64,000 nt of DNA from Amoebidium appalachense (GCA_963693365.1 CAVNZM010000006.1:6675264-6739263); one strand, 5' to 3'; positions 1 through 19,109 are shown, counted from the stretch's first letter. A program made the numbers and translations. Notes: generated by a model from the sequence alone, not told the origin.

Positions 1-440
1 GTGTGAGAGGGGAAGTGGTGGTGGGGGGAGAGGCGATGGGGAGGGGGAGAGGGGGGGGGGAGGGAGGGGGGGGGCTTTACTACTGGTGTGGGAACAGAAA
101 CAAAAGAAAGGAACAGATGCTATGACAAGGTATTTGTGAGAACGACACATACTGTACATCATACTAAATGCCTGCATTGAACCGACTGAACACATTCTAA
201 CCGCTCTCCTCTCTCCCCAACCTAAAAATCTTTGCTTGTTTTCCTGTTGCTTTTGAGAGAATTTTCTTTTTGCATGGGGTATGGAATGAACCGGACCCTT
301 TGTCAAGAGAAGTGGGGGGGGGGGGGGGGGGGGGGGGGGCATTCCACATTTTTGATGATTATTGGGCTCATGACGACCTGCCGGTGCCCTAATTCATTTT
401 TTACCATCTTTGGCTATTGGTTGACCGATTACACTCATAG

Positions 441-4466
<4,026 letters not shown>

Positions 4467-4589
4467 GAGAGTGGGTAATGATGCATGTGTGTGGCTGCCG
4501 GCGAGTTATGTTTTTCATACGCTTACAGGCCTGATTATGTAGTATCGTTTTCCATACTGTGTGCACATGCGAGGGCACAATTGTCCACG

Positions 4590-4940
4590 TCAGCAGGACG
4601 AGTTAGCACTGCTCAGAATAAATCTGCTTTCTGCAGACTCTGATTGGATATTCTTAGAGCAGAATATTCTAGGAGCACAGAATGTTCTGCTTTTTGCAGA
4701 GTTTTTTGTGATGTAGAATGATTCTGCTTTATGCAGAATAATTCTGCGCCAGACAGAGTATTCTGCTTTTTGCACAATTCATTCATGTTTTTATGTAGAA
4801 TGATTCTGCGTTACGCAGAATGATTCTGCTTTATGAAGAATAATCCCGCTCTATGCAGAATTTCGAATTTATTCGTATGTATTTTTATGCAGAATAATTC
4901 TGCTTTTTGCAGATTAATTTGCTCATGTGGTTGCCAAGGC
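4590..4940. mobile_element. Degenerate MITE-like element built from GCAGAATAATTCTGC palindromic units (relative of 48335-48758)
   Basis: Many variants of gcagaat(a/g)attctgc. The right end has ...atgtggttg, similar to the TIR of the 48.3-kb copy. Termini are eroded. Confidence 0.6.
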
Positions 4941-5520
4941 CCTCGTTTGCGCTGCTGGTTGGAGTATACACGTTGCACTCAGTGCCTGTGAGGTCTTCTG
5001 TTCTGATTTTGAGTTCCTGCCTTCACTCTAAATCTCCTTGCATAAATTATCGACCTCAAACGGTTCCCCCGTCACACACTGGGGTCTAACAACTTGTATT
5101 TATAGATGAATTTTGATTTCTTGTCTCGGGCCCGTTGCACTGCAACTCCAGGCGAGTACGGGGGAAACCGATCTGCACATATGGCTCGTGGATACATTTT
5201 AGTGGCAGAGCCCAGCTTTAAGCTCATGGATCATGAGTGGTTTCGATAGGACTACTTATTTGCAGCTCTATTTATGTCATTCTTAAGAATAGCTCTCTCT
5301 GCCTCTTTCTCTCCTTCCCTCCCTCCCTCCCTCCATCCCTCCATCCCTTCCTCCCTCCATGTACTGAGGCTCCCTCCCTCCCTCCTTCCCCGTATCCCTC
5401 TCCCCCTCCCTCCCTCCCTCCCTCCCTCCCTGCCTTCCTCCCTCCCTCCCTTTGTGCATCCCTCCCTCCCTCCCTCCCTCATTCCCCCCTCCCTCCCTCT
5501 CTTTCTCCATCCCCCCCCCC

Positions 5521-5569
<49 letters not shown>

Positions 5570-6433
5570 TGTTTGTACTACATGTACATGTGTGTGCGTG
5601 TGTGTGTGGCGCTGTTGGAAAACCTGCGAGTCCGGTAACCTGCTTTGCATCTGGATCTTGGAGAACTATATAGCCATTCAATGAATTATTATTTACAGGC
5701 GTCTCCTTGACGGTATAAGACCGCATAAGCACATTTTTCGATGACCAAGCTCTTCTCAATTCTCCATGCATGCCGTCACGCGCGACCAACAAACGGTAAC
5801 AATTCTAATAACGAAAAATACAAAAACTTCGAACAAAACTAAGTGGTATTGAAATGTGATCAATGCTGTGTTGCAGATTTTAAGTCATTGAATACGATCT
5901 TCCGAACAAAGGGTTCTCTGTCAAAGGCAAGCCTCGGAGAACGAGAAAAGTTAAGCTCTAGTCTAGGAACGGGAGTGTGTGTATGCATGTCACAGTGTGT
6001 GTGTGTGTGTGTGTGTCTGTGGGTGGGTGTGTGTGTGTGCGCGCGCCCGTCTGCGTGTGTGTACAGTATGTGTGTATAGTATGCACGCGTGTGTGTGCAA
6101 TCCCCTCCTCCCCTCCTCCCCCTCCCCTCCCCCGCCTCTGTATCCTCATATCCCCATTTCAGGAGGGTCCACTGCGCACCGTAGTATATACGCACGCGTT
6201 AACCATCCCCCTCCCCCCCACCACCACCCCCTGCTTTCAGCCCCATTCACACTCATATCAGCCCCACCACATGCACCCTCTTTTCCCCCGAGCACAATAT
6301 TCTAACGACCCTCTCCTCCACCGACCCCCCCCCCCCCCCCTCCCCCCCCCCCCCCCACCGGCCCACACATGCGCACCCACCCACCCAAACACATGAACTT
6401 CCGCCTAAATTGAAACAAACCATTCATTAGCAG

Positions 6434-6469
<36 letters not shown>

Positions 6470-7033
6470 CCCCCCCTCCAAACACCTCTAGAAGTGGATA
6501 TGATCTCTCATTCCATTATTCTCAGACCGGTCTATAGAAATACCGTTCTATTATCTGGGCAGACGGGATGTATTCCACTCGTATTCAAGAATACGATCAT
6601 TGCATTGGGGCGGCGAGTGATCCAGTCAGCCGGCCCCAGCCAACTGCTGACACATTCAAGCAATTTTATCATCACATCGACAGGATATCTTTAGAATACA
6701 CAACAATTAACCCCTTATGTACGGTGTCACGATGATATATCCGTATATCCGACACTCATCAAAACAATGCTAAAAACACCGTGGTCAAATAAAGGTACAT
6801 CTGCGAACTCGCATCTTAGAGGCCAGTTATCACTCATAAACATTCTTTGCTCATATTTGTACAAGCCATTCATACCACATGTATTAACCTTGCATTAGCA
6901 AGGATTAAGAGCTATGTAAGGTAGAATAGAGCAATGGGATACTCTAGCTTCAGCTCGCGACTATGAATGGCACACCAACAGTTTGTGCATGTGCGTGCTT
7001 ATGTGCGTGCTTGTTTCTTAGTCTGTGCAAGTA

Positions 7034-7162
<129 letters not shown>

Positions 7163-7313
7163 TGTGTCGCGTGCGTGTGTGTACACGTGCTACAGTATGT
7201 ATGTCTTTACATTTACATTTACAATGTATTGACTGCTCTGGTCGTATGCTCTTTGACTCTCCTAAATTGCTCCTGATACGCACAAACAAGCAAATCTGAT
7301 GCTAATCATTTAT

Positions 7314-7345
<32 letters not shown>

Positions 7346-7613
7346 CTTCCCCCTCCCCCCATTCCTCCTCACACACAAACACACATAAGACATGTACGCA
7401 GCCTACACACACACACACTGTCCAAGCCACGAATGGAGGGGCAATGAAGATTAAGGGGAAGAGCAGGGGGAAAGCATCTCCCCCCCCCCCCCCCCCCTCC
7501 CCCCTCAAACAAACAAACACACACACACAAACATACAAAGGCAGCTGGGGGTCACCCGTCGTTGACGGCCACGGGAGGAGGAACGGGGGGGGAGGGGGGG
7601 GGGGGGGGGGGGA

Positions 7614-7657
<44 letters not shown>

Positions 7658-7753
7658 GGGGGGGGGGGGAGGGGAGGAACAAAGATGGCATAAATCAATA
7701 TTCAGGACACAAATATAGAATCAACACTGCCACATACAGCTGCAAATCGCCAA

Positions 7754-10612
7754 TTAAGCCAACCCTACGGCGCTATTAATAGGCGCCGGCCGGGTTCCCT
7801 GCTCCGCCTCCCGAGGGGTCCATATTCTGAACGTGCTGCGGGATAGGTATATGCAATATGTCAAAATGCTAATATCAAATGGATATACAAAACGCAATTT
7901 CCAAATGGGTATTCAGAACACAAACATCAAATGGATATCGGATGTATGCGTAGACAAAACAGAAACCACAAAACGCAAATTGCATATGGAACCCCTCCCA
8001 TCCCTCCCCCCCCCCCCCCCCCCAAAAAAAAAAAAAAAAAAAAAAACTAACCCCCCCCCACCCCCAAAAAATTAAATTAAATTGAATAAAATAAAATAAA
8101 ATAAATAAAAATGATGTGTGAAAAAATTAAACTATATTGAATAAAATAAAATAAAATAAATAAAAATGATGTGTGTGCACGGTCACAACACAGAGATTTG
8201 TCCAGACATATAGTGGATATACCCGGTGGCAGCATGCCAATGACCTGCCTTTCCCTATTTTTCAGACCGAATCTATAATGCCTGTAGCGAGATCACCACC
8301 CCAATCCTGAAAAACGTGGCCAACCCTAGTACCCCCGGGGGGAGGGGGGGGGGGGGAGGGGGGAGGGGATGCATTCGAATGGCAACCATGGAAGCAAAGA
8401 CATTGAGAAAAACCACCATGCAAAGACACAGAGTAAGGGGAAGACTGAGAGGGGGGACTAGAATTAACGAGTGCCATCTCGAATTGCAAAGACATCAAGG
8501 AACAAAGGTTCAAAAAAGACTATGTACGCTGTCAGACTAACGAACCTTAGACGCCGCCGGCTGAAATCGCTATGGCATGCGACATCAACCTGAGATACTT
8601 AGTGTGACGTCATTTCAGATTGAATTTTTCCCGGAAGTCTGTAGTCTGGCAGGGTATGTAGTCTATCTTGAACCATTAGTCGTTAAAAACATGTACACAT
8701 ATACGAGAGAGGGAGGGAGGGGGAAGGGGAGGGGAGGGAGGGGGGGGGGGGGGGGGGGGGGGATGCAAACAGTGGTAAGCACGTACCTGTCATGTGACGC
8801 ACTGACGAGGGTCTTTGAGGGCACATCCACGGCAAGACCACTCACCCCGTGCGTGTGCCCCTGCAGCCGGCCAACCACACAGTCCCGTACCATGTCCACC
8901 ACTACGATCTGGGTGGCGGGGAGGTGGGTGTGTGTGTGTGGTTGGAATGGCAGTTAACTTCTATATGTCGGAGCCGTGAGAAGCTCAGAATGATCCAATC
9001 ATATTGTTTATTCGATTGCGCTCGAGGGAGGAAGGGCAGTGGACGGGCGGATTGGGGGGGGGAAGGGGAGGGGAGGGAGAGCGAGAGATAGAGGGAGGGA
9101 GGGTGGGAGGGAGAGAGAGAGAGAGAGAGACACGCGCGCGCACATCCACACAGACACACATATATTACACAGAGGGAGGGAGGGGGGAAGGGGGGGAGGG
9201 GAGGGGGAAGGGAGAGGGAGAGAGAGAAAGCGAGCAATTGTGTGTGTGTGTGTGTGTGTGTGTGACATAGACTCATAGAGAAACATATACAACACGCCAC
9301 GACCTCATGTTGCAGTGATTTAGACACACACACACCTCGTTTGAGTTATCGGCACAAACAAAGAGACTGTCTGCTGTGGCCACGAAGCAGCTGACCGAGG
9401 CCAGGGCCAAACAGTCTATTTTGCGCAAACAGCAGCCAGTGAGGGGGTCCCACAGCGTGAACTGGTTGATGGTGTCCTGCGCTACACACAGCCGCCCTAC
9501 CACCTGTGGGGGGGGGGGGGGGGGGGGGAGGGGGGGGGGGGAGGGGGGGGGGAGGCCGGAGAGGGGGAAGGGGGTTGAGAATGCGAAACACGGAAGAAAG
9601 GACATTTCGACGACGAGAAACACCGTGCGGATATATACCTGGAAAGGCAAACATGTAAGGGCGGACCATCACCGTTTACCTGCACAAGGCAGAGGGCTAG
9701 GTGGAGACGGGTGATGGGGGTAGGGGGAGGGTGTGTGTGTGTGTGTGCATGGGGGGGGGGGGGGGGGGGTGGGGAGAGGAAAGGGGGGGGGGGGGGGGGG
9801 GTGGGAGGGCAAGGGGGGGGGGGGGGGGGGGGGGTGGGTAAAATGACTGAACGCTAGGCGTATAAATCATAGGTGTAAAAGGTTTTCAGCGACTAACGCC
9901 CCACCTGGTTATGCAAGAAAGAAAACACAGAAAATGAAATATAGTTGAAGCCCACCTTTCATTTGGGGGGGGGGGGGGGGGGGGGAAAGGGGGGGGGGGG
10001 GGGGGGGGGGTTTGGGAGAGCGGGGAAGAGAAGGGCGGCCGGAGGGGGGGGGGGGGGGGGGGGATACGAACGACTGATCATTGAGAGTATTGACAACGGG
10101 GTTTGAAATATGCAATGAATAACACCATAGGGACTCCCCATTACCATGATCTCATCCCCCCTCCCCCCCCCCCCCCCCCCCCCCCCCCCCACACACACAC
10201 AAACACACAACCCCCCCCCCCCCCCCCCCATCCCCCCTCTTACCTGCACAGCCATGACAGCATGTGTGTGCTCACACTCCACGGCCAGGCTCATCTGCTG
10301 TTTGCCCGTCTTGGCATCCCAGAACCGAACACCCTGCAAACACAAAACACAACACAAAACAATGGGCATGAGGAATGGGTGGATTTGAAAATCCCGTTCT
10401 CCCCCTCCGCCTCCCTCCTCCCTGCTCCCTCCTCTCCCCCCCACCCCACCCACACACATCCCCTGTGTTTCTCCTGGGGGAAGGTGTCGCAGGCACGTGG
10501 AGCCGGCGGGTGGGGGGGGGGGGGGGGAGGGGGGGGGAGGGGGAGGGAGGGAGGAGGGGGAGGGGGGCAAGGGCCGTGTATGTGTGTGATGTGTGTGTGT
10601 GTGTGTGTGCAT

Positions 10613-10658
<46 letters not shown>

Positions 10659-10901
10659 GGAGAAAGAGAGAAGGTTGAGGGAACAGACCTTCTTTGTAGG
10701 GGCAGCTATTGTGCCACCGCCAAAAAAGGCTATTCCTCGAACCAATCGGCCCACATCAAACACCTGCAGGCATTTGCCTGTTTCTACGTCCCACGTACGT
10801 AGCAGCTTGTCGGAACCCATGCTGCAGGGGGAGGGGGGGGGGGGGGGGGGGGGGGGGAGGTTGGTGGTGGTGGTGGTGGTGTGTGTGTGTGTGGGGGGAG
10901 G

Positions 10902-10938
<37 letters not shown>

Positions 10939-11713
10939 GTGGGGGGGGGAGTGTTAGAATGTGTTGCAGAGTAATAAGTACACATAAAGGACGGACAACA
11001 AACCGTGCAGGTTTTGCAAGGAACACAAAGTGTATGCATCGTATTTCGGACCCATTCTCGGGGGGGTTCGAATGAGTTACAGAGTAAGATGCTTTGTATC
11101 GCCCACATATGCACCAACCCCCACCAGCACACCCACACAATGCAATAGCATCTGTCACGAAAACACACTCCTCAACATCCTCTTTCCCACCACTCCGTCT
11201 CCCGCCCCCCCTCTCCTCATACACAAACACAATACCTTGGTGTCCTATCCGCGAAACAGGCAATAACAAGCAGGCCAACACAAAAAGAAAAATAAAAGAG
11301 GAAGAGAGGGGGGGGGGGGGGGGGGTGGAAAAATGAAATGCCAAACCCCACTCCCCTCATCAAAAAAAAGGGGGGGGAGGGGGGGGGGGGGGAGGAGGGA
11401 GGGGAGGGGGGGGAGGGGGGGGGGGGGGGGGAAATGAATAAACCAGGAAAAAATACAGAAGGAGTAGAAGAAGGAAAAAGGAAACAGACGGTAGAATGAA
11501 ACGACGAGATTTAGAGGCAGGGGAAGACAAGCAAGCAAGCAAGCAAACAAACAAATGTTAAAAGAAAAGCAAGTACACTTACCTAGCACACAGGGTGGCA
11601 TGGTCGTTCAATGCCAGCCCAATGATGCCCCCGTCGTGCCCCCGCAGTACGTGTCTCTGCTGCCCACCAACACGCTCCCACAGGCGCACTGTGTGGTCCT
11701 CCCCACCGCTAGA

Positions 11714-11802
<89 letters not shown>

Positions 11803-12200
11803 ACGTGTGCGTGGGGATGGGTGGTTGGGTGGGTGGGTGAGTGGGTGTGTGTGAGTGCTTGCATGCAAAGAAACGGGGAGACGTGTTGAACGTTGAATGT
11901 GTGCAGCTGTGTGTGGGAAATGAACTCATGAACGGGTACTGCTTAAACACTCGTGTCGTCACAATCCCCCTTCTCGTCCACGCGTAACATGTGTTCGGCC
12001 GCCTTCGATCCAAACCTCCCCACTACACACAGACACAAACACACGCATGGGCACACACACAGACACACACCACCACCACCACCCCCTACACACACACACA
12101 CAACCCTCCCCCCCCTCCCCCCCTCCCCCCCCCTTCCCCTTCCGCACATCCACCCACCCATTCACACACACAGACACGCGCACGCGCGCACGCGCGCGCG

Positions 12201-12243
<43 letters not shown>

Positions 12244-12663
12244 CCACACGAACACATCCACACTCATCCTCTCCCCCGCTCCCCCCCTACACCCACCCAA
12301 CCTCACACCCAACGTCCCTATCCACCCACCCACCCATCCACACACCCAACATTCCCCCCCCCCCCCCCCCCCCCCCCCCCCCACACACACACACCTTGCA
12401 ATGATCTTTCCCCGCACAGCCGCACATGAAACGTAGTTTGTGTGTCCGTGCAGTACGTGAAGGCAAGACCGGGTAACAAGGTCAAACACACGCACCTTGC
12501 AGTCGAGCGACCCAGTTACTACCGTCCTGTGTGTATGTGTGTGTGTGTGTGTGTGTACGTGTGTGTGTATGCGTGTGTGTGTGGGGGGGGGGGGTGAGGG
12601 GGTGTTGTGTGTGTGAATGTACGTGTGTGTGTATACAGTGTGTGTGGAGGGGAGGGAAGGGGG

Positions 12664-12741
<78 letters not shown>

Positions 12742-12787
12742 GTGTGCCTTGTGTGTGTCAGTGTGTGTGTGTGTGTGTTGTGTCCAA

Positions 12788-12860
<73 letters not shown>

Positions 12861-13977
12861 CGCGCGCGTTTGTGTGTGTGCAGTGTGTGTGTGTATTCAT
12901 GTGCATGGTGTTTGGGGTGTGGGGTGTGTGTGTGTTATGGGGGGAAAGAGGGGGGGGAGGGGGGGCATTCAATGAGCAACAACATTATCGGTGAATCTAC
13001 TCCTCGAACTTCATCTCCTATAGCTTGATGCACAGTGGCAACATAGAACGATTGCAGAGGAGCACAAGTGGAGCAGGCGGGTACAGGACGGGTGGGTTGA
13101 GGGGTGGAGAGAAAAAAAGAGGAGGGTGGTGAGGGAGGGAAGGAGGAAGGAAGGGCGAGAAGGATGGCGGCATGAGGAGAGCAGGAGAGGAAAAGACGCA
13201 GAGCGCGGGAATGGGGGCGAGGAGTGGAGAGCGAAGGAAGGGCATATAGGGAAAGGGAAGGGGGGAGAAGAAGGAAGGGGAGTAAGTAAGAAAGAGAGCG
13301 AAACGGGGGGGGGGGGGGGGGGGGGAGTAGGAAAGACAGGCACCTACCCCTCGTACATGGTGACACACCACACGGGATAGGGCAGGGTCACAGGTCGGAC
13401 ATCAACTGGGGACTCACCAAGAGCCTCTGTGTGCAAAACATGGTTAGGTGTCGCTTAGTTCAAGCATGTATGGTACATGCACAAACACACAACACTAGAA
13501 AAAAGGAAAATAACAGAGTAAAGTATGATTGGTACATATGCACAAACACACAAAACCAGAAAAAAGAGGGGAGGGAAAAGAAAAAAAAAAGCAGAATTCT
13601 CAACTCACTTAGCTCAATTAGAGCAAGTATGAATGTTACGTGCAAACACACAAAACACCAGGGAAAAAGAAAGAATAAATGCAGGGGGAAACGACGTACT
13701 TAGCGCAAGTATGAATGACCATACACACACAAACGCACACAACACTAGAAAAAAAAGGAAAAGGCAGAGAGCTAACTAACTGGGAACGGGTGTAAAACAA
13801 GCGCATAATCAGAAACTATACAAAAGTACAGGCTAGGGACACGTGAGCTGTGGCCATCATCAAAAGGGGTTCCCAAGCCTTCACAAAAGAACGAATACCG
13901 TCCCTCCTAAACTCTCGTGTGTGGTTCCCACTTCTTTGTTCGAGTAGGTGTGTGTGTGCGTGTGTGTGTGTGTGTTT

Positions 13978-14015
<38 letters not shown>

Positions 14016-15046
14016 ATGTGTGTACACGGGGAGGAAGGCATACGGGCCATGGTGCGAAAGGCCGCCGGGAGACAGAAATAGTCGAATTCTGCCTGCACAC
14101 GCATCAGATCCTCCCAGCCGGTAGGCAGGGGTATGTTGCGACCACCATGCCGGAGATAGTCCAGCACATATCTGGATAGACGGGGGATATGACGGACACA
14201 TAGGGTAAATGTTGGGATATTTCTGGGATATGATAGATGGACCGAGGCAGTGTTTTTTTATACGTGGGATTTGGTGGTCGGATAGGGTCAATGTTGGGAT
14301 ATATTATGGTATGCGATGGATGGATAGGATCTATGCAGAAATATATGCAGTGTAATGTTGGGTGGATAGGACCTATACTTGGATATACGGGTAAAATGAT
14401 GGATGCACAGGAGCCAATATTTAAATATATATGTGGGATATGATGGTAGGGTAAGGTCAAACAGACATATCAATAGACGCGGGATGTGATAGGCAGACAG
14501 GGCCAATGTTTGGATACATAAGGAGCGGATTCAGGCACGGAGATATTTGAATGTAAGAGGGATACGGTGAACAGGCGTGTTCGAGCGCATATTTGTATAC
14601 ACATGAAATGTAATAATGTGCAGGGCCGAAAAAAAGATTTGGATATGCGAAGGACATAGTCACAGAATAGGGCCAGGTAGCTATTTAAATATACATATGA
14701 TAGCTGGTGTGCAGCAAGTGCACACACATGTACATATATCCTTCCTTGCCCCCCCCCCCCCCCCCCCCCTCCGCCAACCCCCCCCCCCCACCCCCAGAAA
14801 AACCACCACCACCTTTCCGCCAGCCCACCTACCTACGCACAAATTCACACAATTCGAAAACTATGCCTTCATACAAGCGCACTCAATGTATGCAGGAGCA
14901 TAACCCAGTTGCAAACATGTACTTCTCTCTCTCTCTCCCCCCCCCTCCCCCCTCCCTCCCCCCTTCCCCGGTTACCCTCGTGTACACATTCAAGCACCAA
15001 GACGTAGGCACACAGACAGACACCTGCATACAATTCTGTGCCCCCC

Positions 15047-15091
<45 letters not shown>

Positions 15092-15524
15092 CATGCGCCC
15101 ACCGTCCGCACCGGTGTCCACATCGCAGCATACACAAAGAAACACACAGGAGCACACACACACATGCCTACATAGCCCCCCCCCCCCCCCCCCACCACCA
15201 CCACCACCACCACCACCCCACCACCCCTTACTTGTATGCACACAAGCACACATCACACACTCGAGAACACACACACATGAGTATATATCCCCCCTCCCCC
15301 ACCCCCCCCCCCCCCCCCCCCCCTGTGTTCCCCTCCCCCTCACTATGTATACATACAGAAGCACGCACACACACAGCAAGAGATGATACCTGAAGCACTT
15401 TGGGTCTCTGTCGATGACGTAGTGTCCCTCCTCGTTGGTGGCACACCTATGCCTCCCACTGCCAAACCACCCATACCCTGTCAGCATATATAATCAAACG
15501 GGCGGGCGGGGAGGGGGGTAGAGG

Positions 15525-15574
<50 letters not shown>

Positions 15575-17114
15575 GGCGGAGGGGGAGATTTAGAGGTGGG
15601 GATGTGGAGTAAAAGTGTGTGTGTGTTGGCAGGAGGGGGAGCGGGGGGGGGAGGGGGGAGGGGGGGAGGGGGGAGGGGGGGGGGGGGGGGGGGAGGGGCT
15701 AAGAGACGAAGGTTAAGAGGGAAAACGATTGCTCAAGGGGACATAGAGGCTGTTCCAACGACAGGAAGGCCAAGAAACAATGCTTGCCGAAGAAAACTGA
15801 TAGTGCAGTGGCACCCGCGCCAGACGAAAAGCAAATAAAACATGTGTAACCAAAAACCACAGCACACACATGGGCACCATTACCTCTAGCGAGGGGTGTG
15901 AAATCGGGCAAGCACATGCAGACATACTGGTACGTTTTGGGGACACACCTGTGTCTGAGTGTGTACTTGTGTTTGTGTGTGTGCGTGCACGTGTGCATGT
16001 GTGCGCGCACGTGTGTCTGTCTGTCTGTGTGTGTGTGTGTGTGTGTATGTGTGTGTGTAAGCACTCCCGTGTGAGTGTGCACGAGTGTAAGCGTGTCAGG
16101 ATTGCACTGTGTGGTGGGAGGTGGTAAGGGGGTAAGGGGGTAAGGGGGGAAGGGGGGGGGGGGGGGGGAGGAGACAGGCGTGGAAGAGGGCCAAAATACC
16201 TGAACATAGCAGCGAGCATAGAGTCAGGCACAGAGCAAAGAGTAGCCCTGGTAGTGGAGAACACCTCCCCCCCCACATTCAACACCACTAGGTCCGTGCC
16301 TCGTGCACTGAGTTCAGCAACTGACGCCTTTTCCTTGGCAAACTGCTCTCTGCTTGTTGTTGGTTTTTTGAGTTTGTTTGTGTGTTGTGTGTGCGTGTGT
16401 GTGTGTGTGCGTGTGTCGATGGGTGTGGGTGTGTGGGTGAGACGATGGGTGGGTGGAAGGTCGGGTGGATTGGTGGTGATGGTGATAGGGGTAAAAGTGG
16501 GCACGGAGGGGGGGGGGGGGGGGGGGGAGGGGGAGGGGAAGGGAGGGCTTGGGGATGTAAACGTGAGAGGGATGTAAACATGAGAGGGTGGCTAACATGG
16601 CAGCAAGCAGGTTGAAGAGCCACCTCAACCTTTTCCGACCACATACATTCACTCATCCAACACCCACACTCAATCTCCATTCACACACAAATGCCCTAGC
16701 ACAAGCTTGCACACGCATGCACACACGTGCACGCACATGCACGCACAAGCATCCAGATGCACGCACTTTTCCACGTCCAGCTGTGCCCTCTGTGTGTCCA
16801 ACTGTGTCCTTTCGTCGCCAATGGCTGCCTCTCGCTCCAGCAACCGGCTGGCCATGTCTGTAGCAACACGGAAAAAGACGGGGGGGGGGGGGGAGGAGGG
16901 GGGGGGGGGGAGATTTGATATGTATGACAGATTAGCTTACAAATTACAAATTGCACATCGATGATGCCATCCGGGTTATGCAAATGAGCACACACAAAGA
17001 GACTGTACATAGGGAGGAGGGTATTAGATTGTGTTATATACAAACATGAGGACAGCACCTTGCAAATTGGCAAGCACAAACTAGAGTATGCATCAACAGC
17101 AGAGCCCATAATCA

Positions 17115-17151
<37 letters not shown>

Positions 17152-18003
17152 CAAGGGTTATGATACATGACTTGGTTGTTCTCCTGTAAGAAACATGTGA
17201 CGAAGTTTGGTAGTCATGTGATTCCTAATCCAGCGAAGGATGGGTTAATTGGTGACGTAGGAGTAGAGGAGAGAGAAGAAAAGAAGACGGCAGTGCATGC
17301 CCAGGAGCTCCAAACGGTTGCACGAACCTGGACTAGGCACGTTTGGTCAAGCAAACCAACAATCATTATGCTTTGGCACACACCTGCTAATCGGCACTCA
17401 CATACAGACTTCGAACGACAACACACATTGTGGTAAGACATGCATAGAGGGTGCCACACACACTCACGTGCACGCATCTGAACACACACACACACCCTGT
17501 TTTCCCTTATGTCATCCCCCTCGCCCTACCACCCACTCCTGCCACCACAACCATCACCACCAACGCCAGCATCCTTCCCCCCTCCGGCAAACCTTCACAC
17601 CCACCACACCACCTTTCTTTGTCTCCTTCAGGGAGTGAGCCATCTGCAGACGGTGCATGCGCTAATATAACGGCCCAGCCTACTCAACGCTCGCCAGCAC
17701 ACCGGAGAAGCATATGGGTGATCCATTCACGAAGCATGAAGCAATCAAACATGGCCAGAGCGCGGTAACATGGAATCGAATCATTATATCTCCTGACTAT
17801 TGTGAAATTTTACGGCAGGAGTTCATACAAAATCATATATACAGGTTTGCCAAGATGGCATCCATCAGCTGTTCACAGAAATAACAGCACAAGCACTCAC
17901 CATTTAGCGCCACTCGGGCACCAAGCAGTGACGCCCTGACCTCAAGTTCCACGCTGTCCAGAGTGCTGAGCGCAGCAGACAGCTGCGAATAAAGCACGTC
18001 CAT
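7754..18003 (-). CDS. Coiled-coil + BTB/POZ (T1/KCTD-type) + WD40-repeat protein, ~490 aa; exons 18003-17901, 16857-16767, 16349-16200, 15458-15390, 14171-14044, 13426-13348, 12526-12395, 11708-11583, 10821-10689, 10333-10244, 9503-9336, 8908-8787, 7835-7754
   Basis: BTB motifs VVLNVGGEVFSTTRATLCSVPDSMLAAMFSG and YVIDRDPKCFRYVLDYLR. WD40 motifs VTGSLDCKVRVFD, LHGHTNYV, SGGEDHTVRLWE, LRGHDGGI, GHTHGVSGL...SASHDSTFRIW. All 12 introns are GT-AG with consistent phases from ATG to TAA. Confidence 0.88.
14180..14710. repeat. Degenerate ~40-bp minisatellite in BTB-WD40 intron 4
   Basis: Recurrent ggatagggNcaatgttgg(g)atat / gggatatgat variants. Confidence 0.5.
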
Positions 18004-18399
18004 CCTTCTTGCACCTTGTACTAAACCTACTTAAAATCTCTGCTTTCTCTAGCTATAGGGGCCAAGAGCTTTTAAATTTCGCCTTATCCCTTCGTGTAGG
18101 TGTGGGTTGTAATTGGGGTTGTAAGAGTGTGCAAATTGCTTCTATACATGTCGGACAGATTCTCGTGCCTTTACCTCTCAGAATGCACTCAAACGCATAA
18201 GTTTTTCATTGATGTTGCCCCTTGTTTTCCAGCTTCAAGAAAACAGTCAACTTGACGCCCTTGAGTACATGTTCCTAACCTTCTTCAAGTTCACTGTATT
18301 AGTTTTTTTTTTGTTGGTGTCTGGTCTTCGAAGGTGGAATTTTGTTTTAGTTTTGAAGGCGTTTCTGGTTGGCTGAAAATGCACCAAAATAGCTGCAAT

Positions 18400-18475
18400 G
18401 TGATTGGATGAAATGCTTTATAACTGTGATTGGCTAAATCTGTACCACTCTTCTGATGACGTCATGGGACGTCAT
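18400..18475 (-). promoter_or_regulatory. Putative promoter of the BTB-WD40 gene: two CCAAT boxes and a CRE palindrome
   Basis: ATTGG at 18403 and 18429, TGACGTCA at 18457-18464 and a second GACGTCA just after it, ~400-460 bp upstream of the ATG at 18003. Confidence 0.45.
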
Positions 18476-18540
18476 GAGCCAACACACACCAGCTGATATT
18501 GAGTGTCTCAGGGGAGCCCGTTAAAAAAAAAAAGAAAAAG

Positions 18541-18573
<33 letters not shown>

Positions 18574-19070
18574 ACGGGGAAACCTACTAATTGACTTTAT
18601 TTCTGGTCTATGATGCTTACGTCCGAGTAAGAAATTTAAAACCATGATATATACAGTAATCTTCACCCAACATCTATGTCACGATCATGATATACCGCTG
18701 ACTGGGATATTCCGAGCAAAAAACCCCATACCTGAGACTAGCTAGTGTCTCTAAAAGCTTTGCCTCGAGTAAACAGCGTAAACCCCACACAGTGTACACA
18801 CGTACACACAAGTCACTGATGCAGTTCCCAGAACAATTTTTTATTTATGCATGACAATCTGCATGACCCTTGAAATTATAGTCATGTGGAAATAACGTGA
18901 GGGCACATGTACAGGATCCAATCCAGAGGGGGGGGAGGGGGGGGGGGGGGGGGGAGGGGGGCCGGGGACCCACCAGGCTCAGCCTGCATGCAGCCTGCCA
19001 GCCTGCGGCCCCGGCCAGTCTGGTCAGATTGAGACTCACTAACTGATCATGCAATGCAATTGTTTGGCAA

Positions 19071-19109
<39 letters not shown>

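Noticed and set aside
9637-9682. Candidate exon VNGDGPPLHVCLSR
   Set aside because: Including it produces an immediate stop, and the flanking exons join in phase 0 without it.
17214-17330. Candidate exon VRATVWSSW with a GC donor in the BTB-WD40 gene
   Set aside because: The phase is incompatible. Exon 1 extends to a canonical gtgagt donor at 17900 and joins 16857 in frame.
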